Source: an uncultured Methanomicrobiales archaeon (GTDB lineage: Archaea > Halobacteriota > Methanomicrobia > Methanomicrobiales > Methanospirillaceae). From it: a stretch of DNA of 64,000 nucleotides. Positions 1 through 9,539 of the stretch are shown one piece after another (the stretch's first letter is position 1; each line of letters begins with the position of its first letter). The notes under the pieces are model-generated. The model made no database searches, was not told the DNA's origin, and was given only the letters and a program-made list of their open reading frames with translations. A program made the position numbers and the translations under genes. Location: positions 16,397 through 80,396 of the forward strand of contig CASGHK010000001.1 of NCBI GenBank assembly GCA_949320185.1. Reading direction: 5' to 3'.

Positions 1-1218
1 TTTCTGCTCGCCACCGCCGTCTTCATCGTCCCGGCGGGACGGCTCGCCGATATCCACGGGCGCAGGAGACTCTTTGTCGCCGGTCTCGTCGTCTACCTTA
101 TAGGGACGGTTCTCTGTATCTTTGTCCCGTCCGTCCACTCCCTGATTGGTATGCGTGTGGTCCAGGGTCTGGGTTCGGCGATGGTCTTTGGAACATCCGT
201 TGCCCTCCTCAGCTCGGTCTATCCTCCGACAGAACGCGGACGGGCCCTCGGGATCTCGATCGCCTCCGTCTACCTGGGCCTCACCCTCGGCCCCTCGATC
301 GGCGGCTTTCTTACCCATTCCTTCGGCTGGCGTGCGATCTTTCTCGTCACGATCCCGATCGGCCTGATCGCCCTCGCCCTCCTCCTCCGCATCCCGGGGG
401 AATGGGCCGAAGCTCGCGGAGAACGCCTTGACACCGTGGGCTCCCTTCTCTATGGCTCGGGCCTCTGCGTCCTGATGCTCGGCTTATCGTTTCTTCCCGG
501 GACGATCGGGCTGGTGCTCGCTCCCGCGGGACTGGCGGTCCTTGCGATCTTCGTCTGGTGGGAACTGCGGATCCCATACCCGGTGATCCATCTCTCCCTC
601 TTCCGGGACAACCGGGTCTACCTGTACTCGAACCTCGCAGCCCTGATCAACTACAGTGCGACCTTCGGACTCGGGTTCCTCCTCTCGTTTTATCTTCAGC
701 ATGTGCGCGACCTCGACGCACAGGCTGCCGGCCTTGTCCTCCTCTCGCAGCCTCTCGTTCAGACCGTCGTCTCACCGTTCGCCGGACGGGCCTCGGACCG
801 GATCGAGCCCCGCCTGCTCGCCTCCGCAGGAATGGTGCTGATGGTGATCGGCCTGGCATTTTTCGCGTTCCTTGATTGGACCACTCCCCTACCCCTGATC
901 TTCGTGGTCCTGATGCTGATTGGGCTCGGGTACGGCCTCTTCTCGTCGCCGAACACGAACGCGATCATGGGTGCGGTCGATCGGCGGTTCTACGGGGTCG
1001 CATCCGGCATGGTCTCGACGATGCGCCTGATAGGGCAGCTCATCTCGCTCGAGATCGTGATGCTCGCCCTGATCGTCTTCGTCGGGCGGGTCCAGCTCAC
1101 CGATCTGTACGACGACGAGCTGCTCTCGGCGATCCGGATCTCCTTTGCCGTCTTCGCCTCGCTCTGTGCTCTCGGGGTCTATGCCTCGCTGGCCCGGGGT
1201 GCGAAGACGACCGGTTGA
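1..1218 (+). CDS. MFS transporter, drug:H+ antiporter-like (5' end outside window)
   Basis: Frame 1 is open from base 1 (FLLATAVFIVPAGRLADIHGRRRLF... precedes tracked ORF 151..1218). Continuous multi-TM hydrophobic pattern and an MFS motif-A-like loop, GRLADIHGRRR. Confidence 0.8.
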   Translation, partial: FLLATAVFIVPAGRLADIHGRRRLFVAGLVVYLIGTVLCIFVPSVHSLIGMRVVQGLGSAMVFGTSVALLSSVYPPTERGRALGISIASVYLGLTLGPSIGGFLTHSFGWRAIFLVTIPIGLIALALLLRIPGEWAEARGERLDTVGSLLYGSGLCVLMLGLSFLPGTIGLVLAPAGLAVLAIFVWWELRIPYPVIHLSLFRDNRVYLYSNLAALINYSATFGLGFLLSFYLQHVRDLDAQAAGLVLLSQPLVQTVVSPFAGRASDRIEPRLLASAGMVLMVIGLAFFAFLDWTTPLPLIFVVLMLIGLGYGLFSSPNTNAIMGAVDRRFYGVASGMVSTMRLIGQLISLEIVMLALIVFVGRVQLTDLYDDELLSAIRISFAVFASLCALGVYASLARGAKTTG

Positions 1219-1233
1219 TCGAGACGAGTGTCG

Positions 1234-2337
1234 TCAGATGGGGATCGACGGGTCGAGCTGCGCCTCGATCGGGGCGCCGGCAGTCCCGATGGCGGCGAGT
1301 GCCCCGATTGCGCCACGTCCACCGAAGAGCCGTGCCCCGGTCTCCTCGGCGGTCCTCATCGCCTCGTCCCGGGTCACCGTGCCTGTCCGGGCCTTCTTGG
1401 AAAACTCGAGAAGGGGGGGTGGAATCCGGAATCCTTCCCGGATCGCGACTCCCCATTCCTGGGAGAAGGCCTCGTCCCCAACGAATCGGACCGCGTGCTC
1501 CTCGACACGCGATCGTGCCTTCTCATCCACCGCGAGTTCGAGGTAGCTGCAGGCGTTCCCCGCGGTGCGTCCCTCGACGGACGGGTCGAGCATCACCACA
1601 CGGTGGCCGATCGGTTGGACACCTTCCAGGACTGCCAGGTGCTGGAGGAGGGCGAGTGCCAGGGCAAATGTGGCCCCTCCCCCGGGTGTGTCTGTGTCGT
1701 CAATTCCTATCAGAAGGTGGATCAGGCCCCTGGTCACAACCTCGGCTCGAACGAGCGAGTCGTTCCGGTCGATCCGGACCTCGAGGACTCCATCCGCGTG
1801 GGCGATCATCTCGGAGAGCGAATACGCGGGCCCCCCGATCGAGAGGAGCTCCTGGACCACAAGGTCCGCCTCGCGCCGAAGGCCGACCACCCCGACCGCG
1901 GAACGGGGATACAACCCGATCTTTACGGGGATCCGTCCCAGACGACCGGTCTCGCGAAGGAGGTTGCCGTCCCGCTCGACCGACTCGATCACCCCGCCGG
2001 CCACCCGGTGGTGGTGGGCGCAGAAGCCAGCGCATGCCGATGAGAGGCACTTGTGAAAGATGGCGACCTCTTCTCCGTCCACCGTCGTGAAGACCCGCCT
2101 GCAGGTCGACCGGGGCATCGCGCTGATTGCGACGAACCGTGCCCCGTGCCGCCCGCGGCTATCGGTCTGAGCAGCAACGCATCCCTCCGCTACGAGACGC
2201 TTCACCCAGTCCTGGACGGTCGACCGCGGGAGGGAGGTCCGGCCTGCAATCTCTGCGATCCCGAAAGAGCCCTGTTCGAGCGTGACCTGCCGCATCAGGG
2301 AGAGGAGGAGGCGCCGGCGCTCGAGGACCCGCGACAT
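1234..2337 (-). CDS. Winged-HTH protein with C-terminal TiaS-like (DUF1743-like) domain
   Basis: ATG-initiated 367-aa ORF. N-terminus IAEIAGRTSLPRSTVQDWVKRLVAEG looks like a wHTH. The C-terminal half has LIGIDDTDTPGGGATF and MLDPSVEGRTAGNA, resembling the IGIDDTDS..GMCTTY / LNP..KTRGNG signature of the N-terminal kinase-like domain of tRNA(Ile2) agmatidine synthetase TiaS. Confidence 0.6.
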   Translation of the reverse strand: MSRVLERRRLLLSLMRQVTLEQGSFGIAEIAGRTSLPRSTVQDWVKRLVAEGCVAAQTDSRGRHGARFVAISAMPRSTCRRVFTTVDGEEVAIFHKCLSSACAGFCAHHHRVAGGVIESVERDGNLLRETGRLGRIPVKIGLYPRSAVGVVGLRREADLVVQELLSIGGPAYSLSEMIAHADGVLEVRIDRNDSLVRAEVVTRGLIHLLIGIDDTDTPGGGATFALALALLQHLAVLEGVQPIGHRVVMLDPSVEGRTAGNACSYLELAVDEKARSRVEEHAVRFVGDEAFSQEWGVAIREGFRIPPPLLEFSKKARTGTVTRDEAMRTAEETGARLFGGRGAIGALAAIGTAGAPIEAQLDPSIPI

Positions 2338-2341
2338 CGTC

Positions 2342-3331
2342 TCACCGGCACTCGACGAAACGGTCGCGTATCGAGAGGAGGTCCCCGATGATCGCTGACG
2401 CCGTCTCGATCGACCCGGCCCCCCGGCCCATCAGGGTGACCTCACCGGCCAAGTCCGTCGAGAGCATCACAGCGTTCAGCGTACCCTCGATCACGAGGGG
2501 GTGGGAGCGTGGCAGCACTCGCGGTGCGACCCGGAGAAGACCTCTTTCGGGCGATGCTTCGCCAATCAGGCGGATCGTGCAGTCCTGGTCTGCAGCGAGC
2601 CGGAGCGCATCGACTGTCAGACCGTCTATCCCGGTGATCGAGACGTCGTCGAGGGTGACCCCGAGGTTCCAGCAGGTGTTCGCAAGGATCACCAGCTTGA
2701 TGGCTGCATCGATACCGCGGACGTCGTAGGTCGGGTCTGCCTCTGCATACCCGAGTTGACGGGCCTCAGCGAGGGCCTGTTCGTAGGTGAGCCCCTCGTC
2801 ATCCATCCGCGTAAGGATGTAGTTGCAGGTGCCGTTCAGGACACCCGTGATAGAGTGGAATTTGTTTCCGATGAGTCCCCTGGTTATCGCGTGGATCACG
2901 GGGATCGCCCCTCCGACGGTGGCCTCGTACCGGAGTGCGACCCCCTGCTCCCGGGCGAGCTCCTCTAGCTCGGTGTGAGCGGCGGCGAGCGGTCCCTTGT
3001 TGGAGGTGACCACGTGATGTCCTGTGCCGAGCGCCCGCCGGATGTGGGTCAGGGCCGGTTCTCCCGTCGCCGCGTTCGTGGGCGTCACCTCCACGAGGAC
3101 GTCGTAGGCGCCGGAGTCGAGGATATCCGCGGCGGAACGTCCTTCGGATCCGCATCGGTTCGTTTCGCATTTCCGGTCCAGGACCGTTTGCGGGTCGATA
3201 CCAGCGGGATCGATCCAGGCAGAGGTCGAATCCGCCACCCCGGTGAGGACCAGCCCGAGCTCCGGCTTCTCCCCGAGCACCCGGAGGACGCCCTTCCCGA
3301 CGGCCCCGAGCCCGAGTACCGCGATCCTCAT
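2342..3331 (-). CDS. hom: Homoserine dehydrogenase
   Basis: 329 aa. N-terminal Rossmann motif MRIAVLGLGAVGKGV. Central and C-terminal similarity to homoserine dehydrogenase (VVTSNKGPLA, GGAIPVI, GVLNGTCNYILT). 4-nt overlap with the upstream ACT gene. Confidence 0.9.
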   Translation of the reverse strand: MRIAVLGLGAVGKGVLRVLGEKPELGLVLTGVADSTSAWIDPAGIDPQTVLDRKCETNRCGSEGRSAADILDSGAYDVLVEVTPTNAATGEPALTHIRRALGTGHHVVTSNKGPLAAAHTELEELAREQGVALRYEATVGGAIPVIHAITRGLIGNKFHSITGVLNGTCNYILTRMDDEGLTYEQALAEARQLGYAEADPTYDVRGIDAAIKLVILANTCWNLGVTLDDVSITGIDGLTVDALRLAADQDCTIRLIGEASPERGLLRVAPRVLPRSHPLVIEGTLNAVMLSTDLAGEVTLMGRGAGSIETASAIIGDLLSIRDRFVECR

Positions 3332-3894
3332 CGCTCCGCCTCCTCGAGCGGTTCGACGATAAGGAGCCCCTTCTCGGTTGCGACACTCCTCAACAGGTCG
3401 AGAGCACGGTCCATCTCGGACCGCGTGGTCGCCTTGATCGTGATCAGCGCGGTCGAGGGTTCCGAGATCCCCGGCATCTGGACGTTCAACTCCGCCACCT
3501 CGGCGAACCCCGTCCGGTCAATCCGGTCGATCGTATCCCCGATGTCGGTGTGGATCAGGTGTCCGATCATGATCACCGATTGTCTGTGGAGCATGCGCTC
3601 CTCGCCGAGACGAAGAATGTTGACTCCCTGGCGCTTGAGCGTCGCTACGAGGGTGTCAAGCCGTTCGTGCTCGATCTCGAGGACGATCTGGACCCCGAGA
3701 GTGTCCGACGAAGTCTCCGGCTCCCGCTGATGGATAACGGCAATGATATTGCCACCGTATTCAGAGATCGGCGTCAGGGCTGCGACCAGCTGGCCCGGGC
3801 TGTCCTTAATCTCCAGTTTCATCGAGACGTGCACGGAGACCACCTCTCCTGATACCTTGAACGAGGCTGACGATAAGCCTTCGTTGTTGGTCAT
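3328..3894 (-). CDS. ACT domain-containing amino-acid-binding protein
   Basis: 188 aa with two ACT-like repeats (LEIKDSPGQLVAALTPI...GGNIIAVIH). Stop overlaps the hom start (ATGA), the usual archaeal ACT-hom pairing. An internal ATG at 3822 is an alternative start. Confidence 0.75.
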   Translation of the reverse strand: MTNNEGLSSASFKVSGEVVSVHVSMKLEIKDSPGQLVAALTPISEYGGNIIAVIHQREPETSSDTLGVQIVLEIEHERLDTLVATLKRQGVNILRLGEERMLHRQSVIMIGHLIHTDIGDTIDRIDRTGFAEVAELNVQMPGISEPSTALITIKATTRSEMDRALDLLRSVATEKGLLIVEPLEEAER

Positions 3895-4078
3895 CCCGGT
3901 TGGGGGTCAGGCTGCCACAGGAGATTTTTCATTAACAAAAACGGCCGAGCTCGAAAGGGACACGATCGGACCAGAACTGGGACGGGCTCTCCAGGATCAG
4001 TCGTGGACACTATCGGAGGTGTGGCCTTGGTAAGGAACGAACGCCAGGCGCCTGCACCCCGAGCGTACGATGGATCTC

Positions 4079-5533
4079 TCAACGGTCCATTGGCTCCTCG
4101 ACAGCGAGAGCGACGAGTCGGTCGAGATCGGTGTGCTCCTCGAGCAGTCTGGCCAGCTCGTCGTACGGGTCGACGGTGTCCGTTGACTCGTAGAGAAGAC
4201 CGCGCCGTTCGTACAGAAAACCGAGGAGTCCATCGACGGCCGAGGGGTTCGAAAAGAGGCCGTGCAGGTAGGTTCCTATGACCATGCCGTCATCGCTCAC
4301 GGCCCCGTCTTCGTCGAAGGCGGGAGAGGCACCTGCGTCCCGGGCCGTCTCGCCCATGTGGATCTCGTACCCATTGACCATGCCGATACGGGAGAGGATG
4401 GGTCCTGCCGGTCTGGCTCTATACGTCGCCTGTCGCGTCGTCTTCTCGTACGCGGCAAAGCAGGTCTCGACACGGAGGAGGTCCAGGCCTGGAAGCGTGG
4501 CGTGCCCGGCCTCGATCCCTCGGTCCTCCACCTGGCGCCCGAGCATCTGGAATCCCCCACAGATGCCGATCACCGGAACTCCCGCCGCGTGGGCTCGCAG
4601 GACCTCGTCTGCCCCTCCTGAGGTATGAAGCCTGGCGAGGTCCTCCATGGTGTTCTTGGTCCCCGGAAGGATGATGCAGTCGTACCCGGCAAGGGGTGCT
4701 CCTGGCGGGAGGTAATCGACGGCGACCCGTCGCTCCAGCGCTTCGAAGTCCGTGAAGTTCGATATGCGGTCGAACCGGAGGACCGCGATTCGGATTGGGT
4801 GGTCATGGACCCGCTTATCCCCGATCGAGAGGGAGTCCTCGCTCGGCAGTTCGATAGGGGAGTACGGAAGTACCCCGAGCACCGGGACGCCCGAGAGCTC
4901 CTCTAAGATAGTCACGCCGTCCTCGAAGAGGGCCGGATCGCCGCGAAACTTGTTGATGATCACTCCGCGGACGAGTCCTCGCACCTCGCGGGGGAGGAGG
5001 GCAATGGTGCCGCAGACCTGCGCGAAGACACCGCCCCGCTCGATGTCGGCCACCAGCACGATAGGCAGGCGGAGCTTTTCGGCGAGACGGATATTCGCGA
5101 TGTCCCGCCCGTAGAGGTTGACCTCGGCAGCCCCTCCCGCACCCTCCACCACGATGCAGTCGTAATCGCTCTCGAGTCGGGCGTACGCCTCGAGTGCACA
5201 ATCGAGGAGGCGGTCGGTCTCAAGATAATAGTCCGAGATAGCGACGTCGCGGTACGGTCGGCCCAGGAGAACGACCTGCGAGGTCCGGTCCCCTTTCGGC
5301 TTGAGGAGGACCGGGTTCATCTCGGCCCGCGGCTCGGTGCGGGCAGCGAAGGCCTGCATCGCCTGGGCAATTCCGATCTCGGCACCATCCCGGGTCACCC
5401 AGGAGTTCAGGCTCATGTTCTGAGACTTGTACGGTGCGACCGCGTATCCGCGGTCCGAGAGGAGGCGGCAGACAGCGGCGACAACAGTGCTCTTGCCCAC
5501 GTGCGAGGCGGTTCCGAGGATCATCAGGGACAT
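4079..5533 (-). CDS. cobQ: Cobyric acid synthase
   Basis: The tracked ORF 4079..6214 has an Arg/Ser/Pro-rich, non-protein-like N-terminal extension. The recognisable protein starts at M228 ([25 protein letters not shown] = P-loop), giving 484 aa. It has a C-terminal glutamine amidotransferase part ([10 protein letters not shown]). Confidence 0.9.
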   Translation of the reverse strand: MSLMILGTASHVGKSTVVAAVCRLLSDRGYAVAPYKSQNMSLNSWVTRDGAEIGIAQAMQAFAARTEPRAEMNPVLLKPKGDRTSQVVLLGRPYRDVAISDYYLETDRLLDCALEAYARLESDYDCIVVEGAGGAAEVNLYGRDIANIRLAEKLRLPIVLVADIERGGVFAQVCGTIALLPREVRGLVRGVIINKFRGDPALFEDGVTILEELSGVPVLGVLPYSPIELPSEDSLSIGDKRVHDHPIRIAVLRFDRISNFTDFEALERRVAVDYLPPGAPLAGYDCIILPGTKNTMEDLARLHTSGGADEVLRAHAAGVPVIGICGGFQMLGRQVEDRGIEAGHATLPGLDLLRVETCFAAYEKTTRQATYRARPAGPILSRIGMVNGYEIHMGETARDAGASPAFDEDGAVSDDGMVIGTYLHGLFSNPSAVDGLLGFLYERRGLLYESTDTVDPYDELARLLEEHTDLDRLVALAVEEPMDR

Positions 5534-5595
5534 TTCAATGAGCTCCGGGTCGGGGGAAGGGAAAAGACGGGCGGTCTCCGCCGCGTTATGCCAAC

Positions 5596-5606
5596 AAATA
5601 TATAAG
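5596..5606 (+). promoter_or_regulatory. TATA-box-like element between divergent cobQ and aSUI1
   Basis: AAATATATAAG lies in a 94-bp divergent intergenic region, centred about 27 nt upstream of the aSUI1 ATG (5628). This is consistent with a leaderless or near-leaderless archaeal transcript. Confidence 0.45.
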
Positions 5607-5627
5607 CAGAACTTGAATTTAGATGTA

Positions 5628-5933
5628 ATGAGTGGAGGGATCTGTCCCACCTGTGGACTGCCGAAGGAGCTGTGCATCTGCGAAGAGGTTGCCAAAGAGC
5701 AGCAGAGAATTAACGTCATCGTGAATAGGCGTCGGTACGGGAAAGAGGTCACCGTGGTCGAGGGGCTCGATCCGGCAGATATCGACCTCCAGGACCTCAC
5801 GAAGTACCTTAAAGGTCGGCTTGCCTGCGGCGGGACAGTGAAAGGCAGTTCGATAGAACTCCAGGGAGACCACAGGGACCGGGTCAAAGACCTCCTGTCC
5901 AAGAAGGGGTATTCCCTCGATAACATCACCTGA
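5628..5933 (+). CDS. sui1: Translation initiation factor aSUI1 (eIF1 homologue)
   Basis: Internal ATG (M68 of tracked ORF 5427..5933) gives 101 aa: [30 protein letters not shown]...[13 protein letters not shown]...[12 protein letters not shown]. Zinc-knuckle N-terminus plus a SUI1 fold. Confidence 0.9.
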   Translation: MSGGICPTCGLPKELCICEEVAKEQQRINVIVNRRRYGKEVTVVEGLDPADIDLQDLTKYLKGRLACGGTVKGSSIELQGDHRDRVKDLLSKKGYSLDNIT

Positions 5934-5980
5934 AGACAGATACCAATTTTTTTCTCCGGTCCCTCGAATAGATCAGCGGA

Positions 5981-7426
5981 GTGAGCAGTCTCGTGAACAG
6001 GGACCGGACCGCAGCAAAACGGAAGAGACTCGATATCGAACTGGGCGAGCACCAGCGGGCTCTCAGGGAACGGGGCATCCCCGTTATGATCGTCGTGGAG
6101 GGATGGAACGCCTCGGGGATCTCCGACACGGTGGCCACACTCCTCGACGGGCTCGATCCGCGAGGGTTCGACTTCCACGCGTTTGGCCGCCCGAGCGAGG
6201 AGGAGCAGGCCCACACCTTTCTCTGGCGGTTCTGGATACGAACCCCTCCCCGCGGTCGAATCGCGGTCTTCGCCCGCTCCTGGTATTCACGCCTCCTCGC
6301 GGAGGAACTCCATGGAATCGACTGCCCCAGTCGGGTGAACCGGGCGATCCGTTCGGTGAGCACATTCGAGCAGCACCTTGCCGACGATGGAACCCTGGTC
6401 CTGAAGTACTTTTTACAGATCAGCCGCGAGGAGCAGCGCCGCCGGCTCCTCGCCCGCGAGCGCGACACCCTCACCTCCTGGCTGATCACCCGGAACGACT
6501 GGGACTTTCACCGCCAGTACGACGCCTACACTCCGCTCATACAGCGGATCATCTCCGAGACGAACACACCGGAGACCCCCTGGCGCGTTGTTGAGGCCGA
6601 TGATACCAGCCGTGCGGTGATGGAGGTTCTCTCGGACGTGGTCGACCGTCTCCGTGCCCGTCTCGCTCTTCCGGACGGGTGCCGCTCTTCGGTTAACCTT
6701 CCGCCCGTCTCGATGCCGTCACCGGTGGACCCCACGAAGGGCCAGCATACGGTCGGTCGGCAGGAGTACGACGATGCCCTCCCGGATTGTCAGGCACGGC
6801 TCAGGGCCTGCCAGTACTCCCTTTTCAAACGCGGGATACCGCTCGTGATCGTCTACGAGGGATGGGACGCGGCGGGAAAGGGTGGGTCGATCAAGCGGCT
6901 GGTCCAGCCGATGAACCCGCGTGGCTACTCGGTCGTCCCCGTCTCGCAGCCGAACGACGACGAGATCGCCCATCATTACCTCTGGCGGTTCCACCGGAGG
7001 TTCCCTGCCGCTGGCGATGTCCGGATCTTCGACCGGTCATGGTACGGGCGTGTTCTCGTCGAGCGGGTGGAGGGGTTCGCCACCGAGCAGGAGTGGCGAC
7101 GCGCGTACGCCGAGATCAACGAATTTGAACGGTCGTTCGTGGAGTCCGGAGGCGGTATCGTGAAGTTCTGGCTCGAGATCGACGCCGAGACCCAGCTTCG
7201 GCGGTTCAGGGAGCGGGAAGAGGATCCCCTCAAGCAGTGGAAGATCACTGAGGAGGACTGGCGGAACCGCGAGAAGAGGGACCAGTACGAAGAGGCTGTC
7301 CGGGAGATGCTGGCTCGGACCAGCACCGCCCACGCCCTGTGGACCGTGATTGACTCGAACAACAAGCCGTACGCCAGGCTCAGGGCCCAGAGAGCTGTGA
7401 TCGAGTACGTAGAGAAATTGATCTGA
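5981..7426 (+). CDS. Two-domain polyphosphate kinase 2 (class II PPK2, polyphosphate:AMP phosphotransferase-like)
   Basis: 481 aa with a GTG start. Two tandem PPK2 modules. The C-terminal one has an intact Walker A (VYEGWDAAGKGGSIKRL) and lid (DRSWYGRVLVERV). The N-terminal one has VVEGWNASGISDT instead. Confidence 0.85.
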   Translation: MSSLVNRDRTAAKRKRLDIELGEHQRALRERGIPVMIVVEGWNASGISDTVATLLDGLDPRGFDFHAFGRPSEEEQAHTFLWRFWIRTPPRGRIAVFARSWYSRLLAEELHGIDCPSRVNRAIRSVSTFEQHLADDGTLVLKYFLQISREEQRRRLLARERDTLTSWLITRNDWDFHRQYDAYTPLIQRIISETNTPETPWRVVEADDTSRAVMEVLSDVVDRLRARLALPDGCRSSVNLPPVSMPSPVDPTKGQHTVGRQEYDDALPDCQARLRACQYSLFKRGIPLVIVYEGWDAAGKGGSIKRLVQPMNPRGYSVVPVSQPNDDEIAHHYLWRFHRRFPAAGDVRIFDRSWYGRVLVERVEGFATEQEWRRAYAEINEFERSFVESGGGIVKFWLEIDAETQLRRFREREEDPLKQWKITEEDWRNREKRDQYEEAVREMLARTSTAHALWTVIDSNNKPYARLRAQRAVIEYVEKLI

Positions 7427-7436
7427 ACCGGTCGTT

Positions 7437-7724
7437 CTAAGGGAGGTTGCCCTCTCCCTGGCATTCGCGCTGCCGCTCCTCGCTCATCTCAACCAGCAAT
7501 TCCATCACCCGTTGCACAGCCCTGGGGTCGACACCCCGCTCAACCGCGCGGTCGAAGGCCCGTTCGATTACGTCCCGCCGACGGCCCGCATCCCGGATTG
7601 GCAGGCCCTGTGCATATTTCACGCGTGCCATACGGCCCGCGAACATCTGCCTCTCGGCGATCAGGTCGACGATGGCAGTATCGATCCGATCGATCTCCGC
7701 CCGGAGCTCCTCGATGGTCTGCAT
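7437..7724 (-). CDS. Chorismate mutase (AroQ class)
   Basis: 95 aa. MQTIEELRAEIDRIDTAIVDLIAERQMFAGRMARVK is the typical AroQ helix 1, followed by RRDVIERA. Confidence 0.85.
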   Translation of the reverse strand: MQTIEELRAEIDRIDTAIVDLIAERQMFAGRMARVKYAQGLPIRDAGRRRDVIERAFDRAVERGVDPRAVQRVMELLVEMSEERQRECQGEGNLP

Positions 7725-7816
7725 GGTCGTACCACGTTCTGCAGATTATCCAGATAAATCGGTCGGCTCCAAAGCTTGGATATATAGTGGGTCCAATTCT
7801 ATACACTGGTCCAGAG

Positions 7817-8413
7817 ATGCTCGAACGGATACCCCGCCGCGAACGGCTTGACCTCGTGATCGCCTGGCTCGCAATCTCCATCGCGTTCACCCTGATCTTC
7901 ATCCGCAATCACGTCGATCCCCTGACCGCCCTTGCCTACTTTGGGATCTCGCTCCTGACGGTTGGGGTCGGCTTTGTCCTCCACGAACTCGCGCACAAAT
8001 TCACGGCGATGAGGTTCGGCTTCTGGGCCGAGTTCCGAAAGGATAACCAGATGCTCCTGGTCGCCGTCGTACTCGCTGCGCTGGTAGGAGTCGTCTTCGC
8101 AGCGCCCGGTGCCACCGTGGTCTACGGGGAGAGGATCGACCGTCGCCAGGACGGGCTGATCTCCGCGGCAGGACCTGCGATGAGCCTCGTCCTCGCCCTT
8201 GGGTTCATGGGGCTGTACCTCCTTGTTCCACAGGGCGGCCTTCTCTGGCTGCTCGGCCTCTTCGGGATGAGGATCAACGCGATGCTGGCGGCATTCAACA
8301 TGCTCCCGGTCTCGGTCCTTGACGGCAGAAAAGTCCTCGCCTGGAATCCGATCGTCTTCGGACTGCTGATCGCCGGCTCGTTCATCCTGGTCTACCTGAC
8401 CTACGTGCTCTAG
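7817..8413 (+). CDS. M50-family (site-2 protease-like) membrane metalloprotease
   Basis: Internal ATG (M74 of tracked ORF) gives 198 aa. HELAH zinc motif inside a TM helix, multiple TM segments, and NMLPVSVLDG (the NxxPxxxLDG motif). Confidence 0.8.
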   Translation: MLERIPRRERLDLVIAWLAISIAFTLIFIRNHVDPLTALAYFGISLLTVGVGFVLHELAHKFTAMRFGFWAEFRKDNQMLLVAVVLAALVGVVFAAPGATVVYGERIDRRQDGLISAAGPAMSLVLALGFMGLYLLVPQGGLLWLLGLFGMRINAMLAAFNMLPVSVLDGRKVLAWNPIVFGLLIAGSFILVYLTYVL

Positions 8414-8451
8414 GGGAACCATCTTATCCTCTCCACCGCACCTTTTTTAGG

Positions 8452-9090
8452 ATGAGTGGAAAGAGAATCGCCGTGCTCGCCCTGGTCGTGCTCGCCTGCG
8501 CGCTCCTCGCGGCCGGCTGCTCGACCACGCCCGGCACGGGCCAGGCGACTTCGACCGCCACGTCGGCGGTCACGGTATCGACCTCCACCTCGACTCCAGG
8601 AGACACTACGATGACGACCGAGATTCCAGCCGGTAAAAAGGCCATCCTGCATACGACCATGGGTGATGTCACGATTGCCCTCTATGACGACATGCCCGTG
8701 ACCGCCGGCAACTTTGCCGACCTTGTCTCGAAGGGCTTCTACAACAATGTGAGCTTCCATCGGGTCATCGATGGGTTCATGATACAGGGCGGCGACCCCA
8801 CCGGCACGGGAACCGGCGGACCGGGATACGCGATCAAGGACGAGTTCCCGTCCAACCGGTCGAACCGGAACGACCGGGGCACCATCTCGATGGCGAACGC
8901 CGGCCCGAACACCGGCGGTTCCCAGTTCTTCATCAACCTCGTCGACAACAACTACCTGGATAAGAAGCACCCTGTCTTCGGCCGTGTCGTCTCCGGGATG
9001 GACGTGGTCGATGCGATCGGAAAGGTGCGCGTCGGTCCGGGCGACCGCCCGGTCACACCGGTCACGATCACCTCCGCCGTGATGGTCTGA
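8452..9090 (+). CDS. Secreted cyclophilin-type peptidyl-prolyl cis-trans isomerase (lipobox-like signal)
   Basis: Signal peptide ending LLAAGCS, a Ser/Thr-rich linker, then a cyclophilin core (FHRVIDGFMIQGGDPTGTGTGGPGY, SMANAGPNTGGSQFFI). Confidence 0.9.
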   Translation: MSGKRIAVLALVVLACALLAAGCSTTPGTGQATSTATSAVTVSTSTSTPGDTTMTTEIPAGKKAILHTTMGDVTIALYDDMPVTAGNFADLVSKGFYNNVSFHRVIDGFMIQGGDPTGTGTGGPGYAIKDEFPSNRSNRNDRGTISMANAGPNTGGSQFFINLVDNNYLDKKHPVFGRVVSGMDVVDAIGKVRVGPGDRPVTPVTITSAVMV

Positions 9091-9263
9091 TCCGATCTCC
9101 TCCCTCTTTTTCTTTCTTGTCTTCAGCTCCGTCCGGGGCTGTCATTCCTGTCAGGCGCACCGGTTTTAACCCTTCCGGCTCTATTGCGCCCTGGATTGAA
9201 TCCTGTATGTGGGAATCTTTATCACGTTATTGGGCGACAGATCCAGAGAACGAGGCAATTATC

Positions 9264-9539
9264 ATGGGCAAACCGGTACTGATCGATTTTTATGCTGAAT
9301 GGTGCGGACCCTGCAAGATGCAGACACCGATCCTGGAGAAGTTGAAAGAGAAGATGGGTGATTCGATCGAGGTGCGAAAACTCGATGTCGACCAGCACAT
9401 GAAGGAAGCGACCGAATACCGCGTGAGCGTTGTTCCCACCCTCGTGATAGAGAAGGACGGGAAGGTCGTTCGCCGTCTTGAGGGCGTCACTGGGGCGGCA
9501 GAGCTTGAGCAGATCCTCTCTGCCCTGATAACCGAGTGA
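9264..9539 (+). CDS. trxA: Thioredoxin
   Basis: Internal ATG (M50 of tracked ORF) gives 91 aa with DFYAEWCGPCK (WCGPC active site). Confidence 0.85.
   Translation: MGKPVLIDFYAEWCGPCKMQTPILEKLKEKMGDSIEVRKLDVDQHMKEATEYRVSVVPTLVIEKDGKVVRRLEGVTGAAELEQILSALITE

Noticed and set aside
876-2090. 404-aa plus-strand ORF spanning the MFS 3' end and the wHTH/TiaS-like gene
   Set aside because: The translation is extremely Arg/Pro/Ser/Gly-rich with no motifs, and it lies out of frame or antisense to two ORFs with clear protein signatures. This is a typical shadow ORF in high-GC DNA.
5534-6214. 227-aa N-terminal extension of the cobQ ORF, which would overlap aSUI1 and the PPK2 start
   Set aside because: The extension has no similarity to CobQ and runs antisense through a clear aSUI1 gene. 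The canonical CobQ N-terminus ([16 protein letters not shown]) starts at 5533.
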